This document shows positions 63,265 through 64,000 of a stretch of DNA of 64,000 bases, one piece after another. The notes beneath the pieces were generated by a model. The model was not told the origin of the DNA. It did not search any database and worked only from the letters and a program-made list of their open reading frames with translations. The translations under genes were made by a program, and so were the position numbers. The stretch's first letter is position 1. Each line of letters starts with the position of its first letter. This DNA is from Eledone cirrhosa (taxonomy: Eukaryota): positions 155,062,001 through 155,126,000 of the forward strand of contig OZ024741.1 of the NCBI GenBank assembly GCA_964016885.1, in the 5' to 3' direction.

Positions 63265-64000
63265 TGGGAAGTAGAGAAGACTATCAAGTGGCCAGGAGGC
63301 AAGCTAGGAGACAAGTGTACTTCGCAAGAAGGGAAGCAGAGGAAAAAAAGTTCAAGCATGTTCTACAACGCGAGGACCAAAAACGTGAAGTGTTCAGGAT
63401 TGCTAGGCAATGTGTCAAGGAAAACCGTGATATTGTCGGGGAGAAGTGTGTCCTTAATGATGATGGTGTACTTGCCATCACTGACGCTGATAAGAAGGTA
63501 GCTTGGAAGTGTCACTACGAAAGGCTACTAAATGAGGAGAATAATTGGGAGAAAGACAGTCTCCCCCACATCGATCTAATAGAGGGACCAGCAGTGCAAG
63601 TTGAAGGTAGTATAATAAGTAAGGTGATCAAAGACATGAAGACGGGCAAGGCGGTTGGGCCTTCGGAAATAGTTGCTGAAATGCTGAAAGCATCTGGAAC
63701 GGTGGAACACACTATGGTTACCCGGATAGTAAACCAAGTCATACAGAATGGGGTCGTTCCGAAGGACTGGCGCAGCAGCATCATCATTAACTGCTACAAG
63801 GGTAAAGGAGATGCCCTAGATAGGGGTAACTATAGAGGCATTAAATTAATTGACCAGGTCATGAAGGTCGCAGAAAAAGTAATAGCGCAACTAATCAGAG
63901 AGCAAATGAATCTAGACGAAATGCAGTTCGGGTTTGTGTCAGGTAAAAGTAAAACAGACGCTCTTTTCATTGTATGACAACTACAGAAGTACCTGGCTAA
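63265..64000 (+). mobile_element. RTE LINE ORF fragment (linker plus RT start), running off the window
   Basis: W..HYERLLNEEN..KAVGPSEIVAEML..NYRGIKLIDQVMK..QFGF; nearly identical to 30858-31210. Confidence 0.92.

Overview
Animal (eukaryotic) genomic DNA: AT-rich, dense in (TA)n/(TG)n microsatellites, with SINE/LINE families typical of an octopus-like cephalopod (species assignment is inference). Two convergent host genes are present. The first is the last coding exon of NAXE/APOA1BP (+, 923-1260). The second is a near-complete TTK/Mps1 kinase gene (- strand, 17 coding exons, ~60831 to ~28990, ~1140 aa; TPR domain, long low-complexity middle region, kinase domain), whose exon phases chain in frame through GT-AG junctions. 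The remainder is repeats: PHD-finger-bearing RTE LINE fragments, a CR1 LINE, an RLE-type LINE, a decayed Penelope-like element (RT + GIY-YIG), a Tc1/mariner (maT-like) transposon, tRNA-derived SINEs, piggyBac- and hAT-type MITEs, and two ~50-bp tandem arrays. The most striking unannotated signal is in the first 8.5 kb: seven fold-back (palindromic) elements of different sequence, each embedded in TA/TG microsatellite. Most carry a type I hammerhead-ribozyme motif in both arms plus a one-sided tail. Two motifs look fully intact, and two elements show a compensatory U3-A8 core in place of C3-G8. All structures were read by eye; none were computed or searched.
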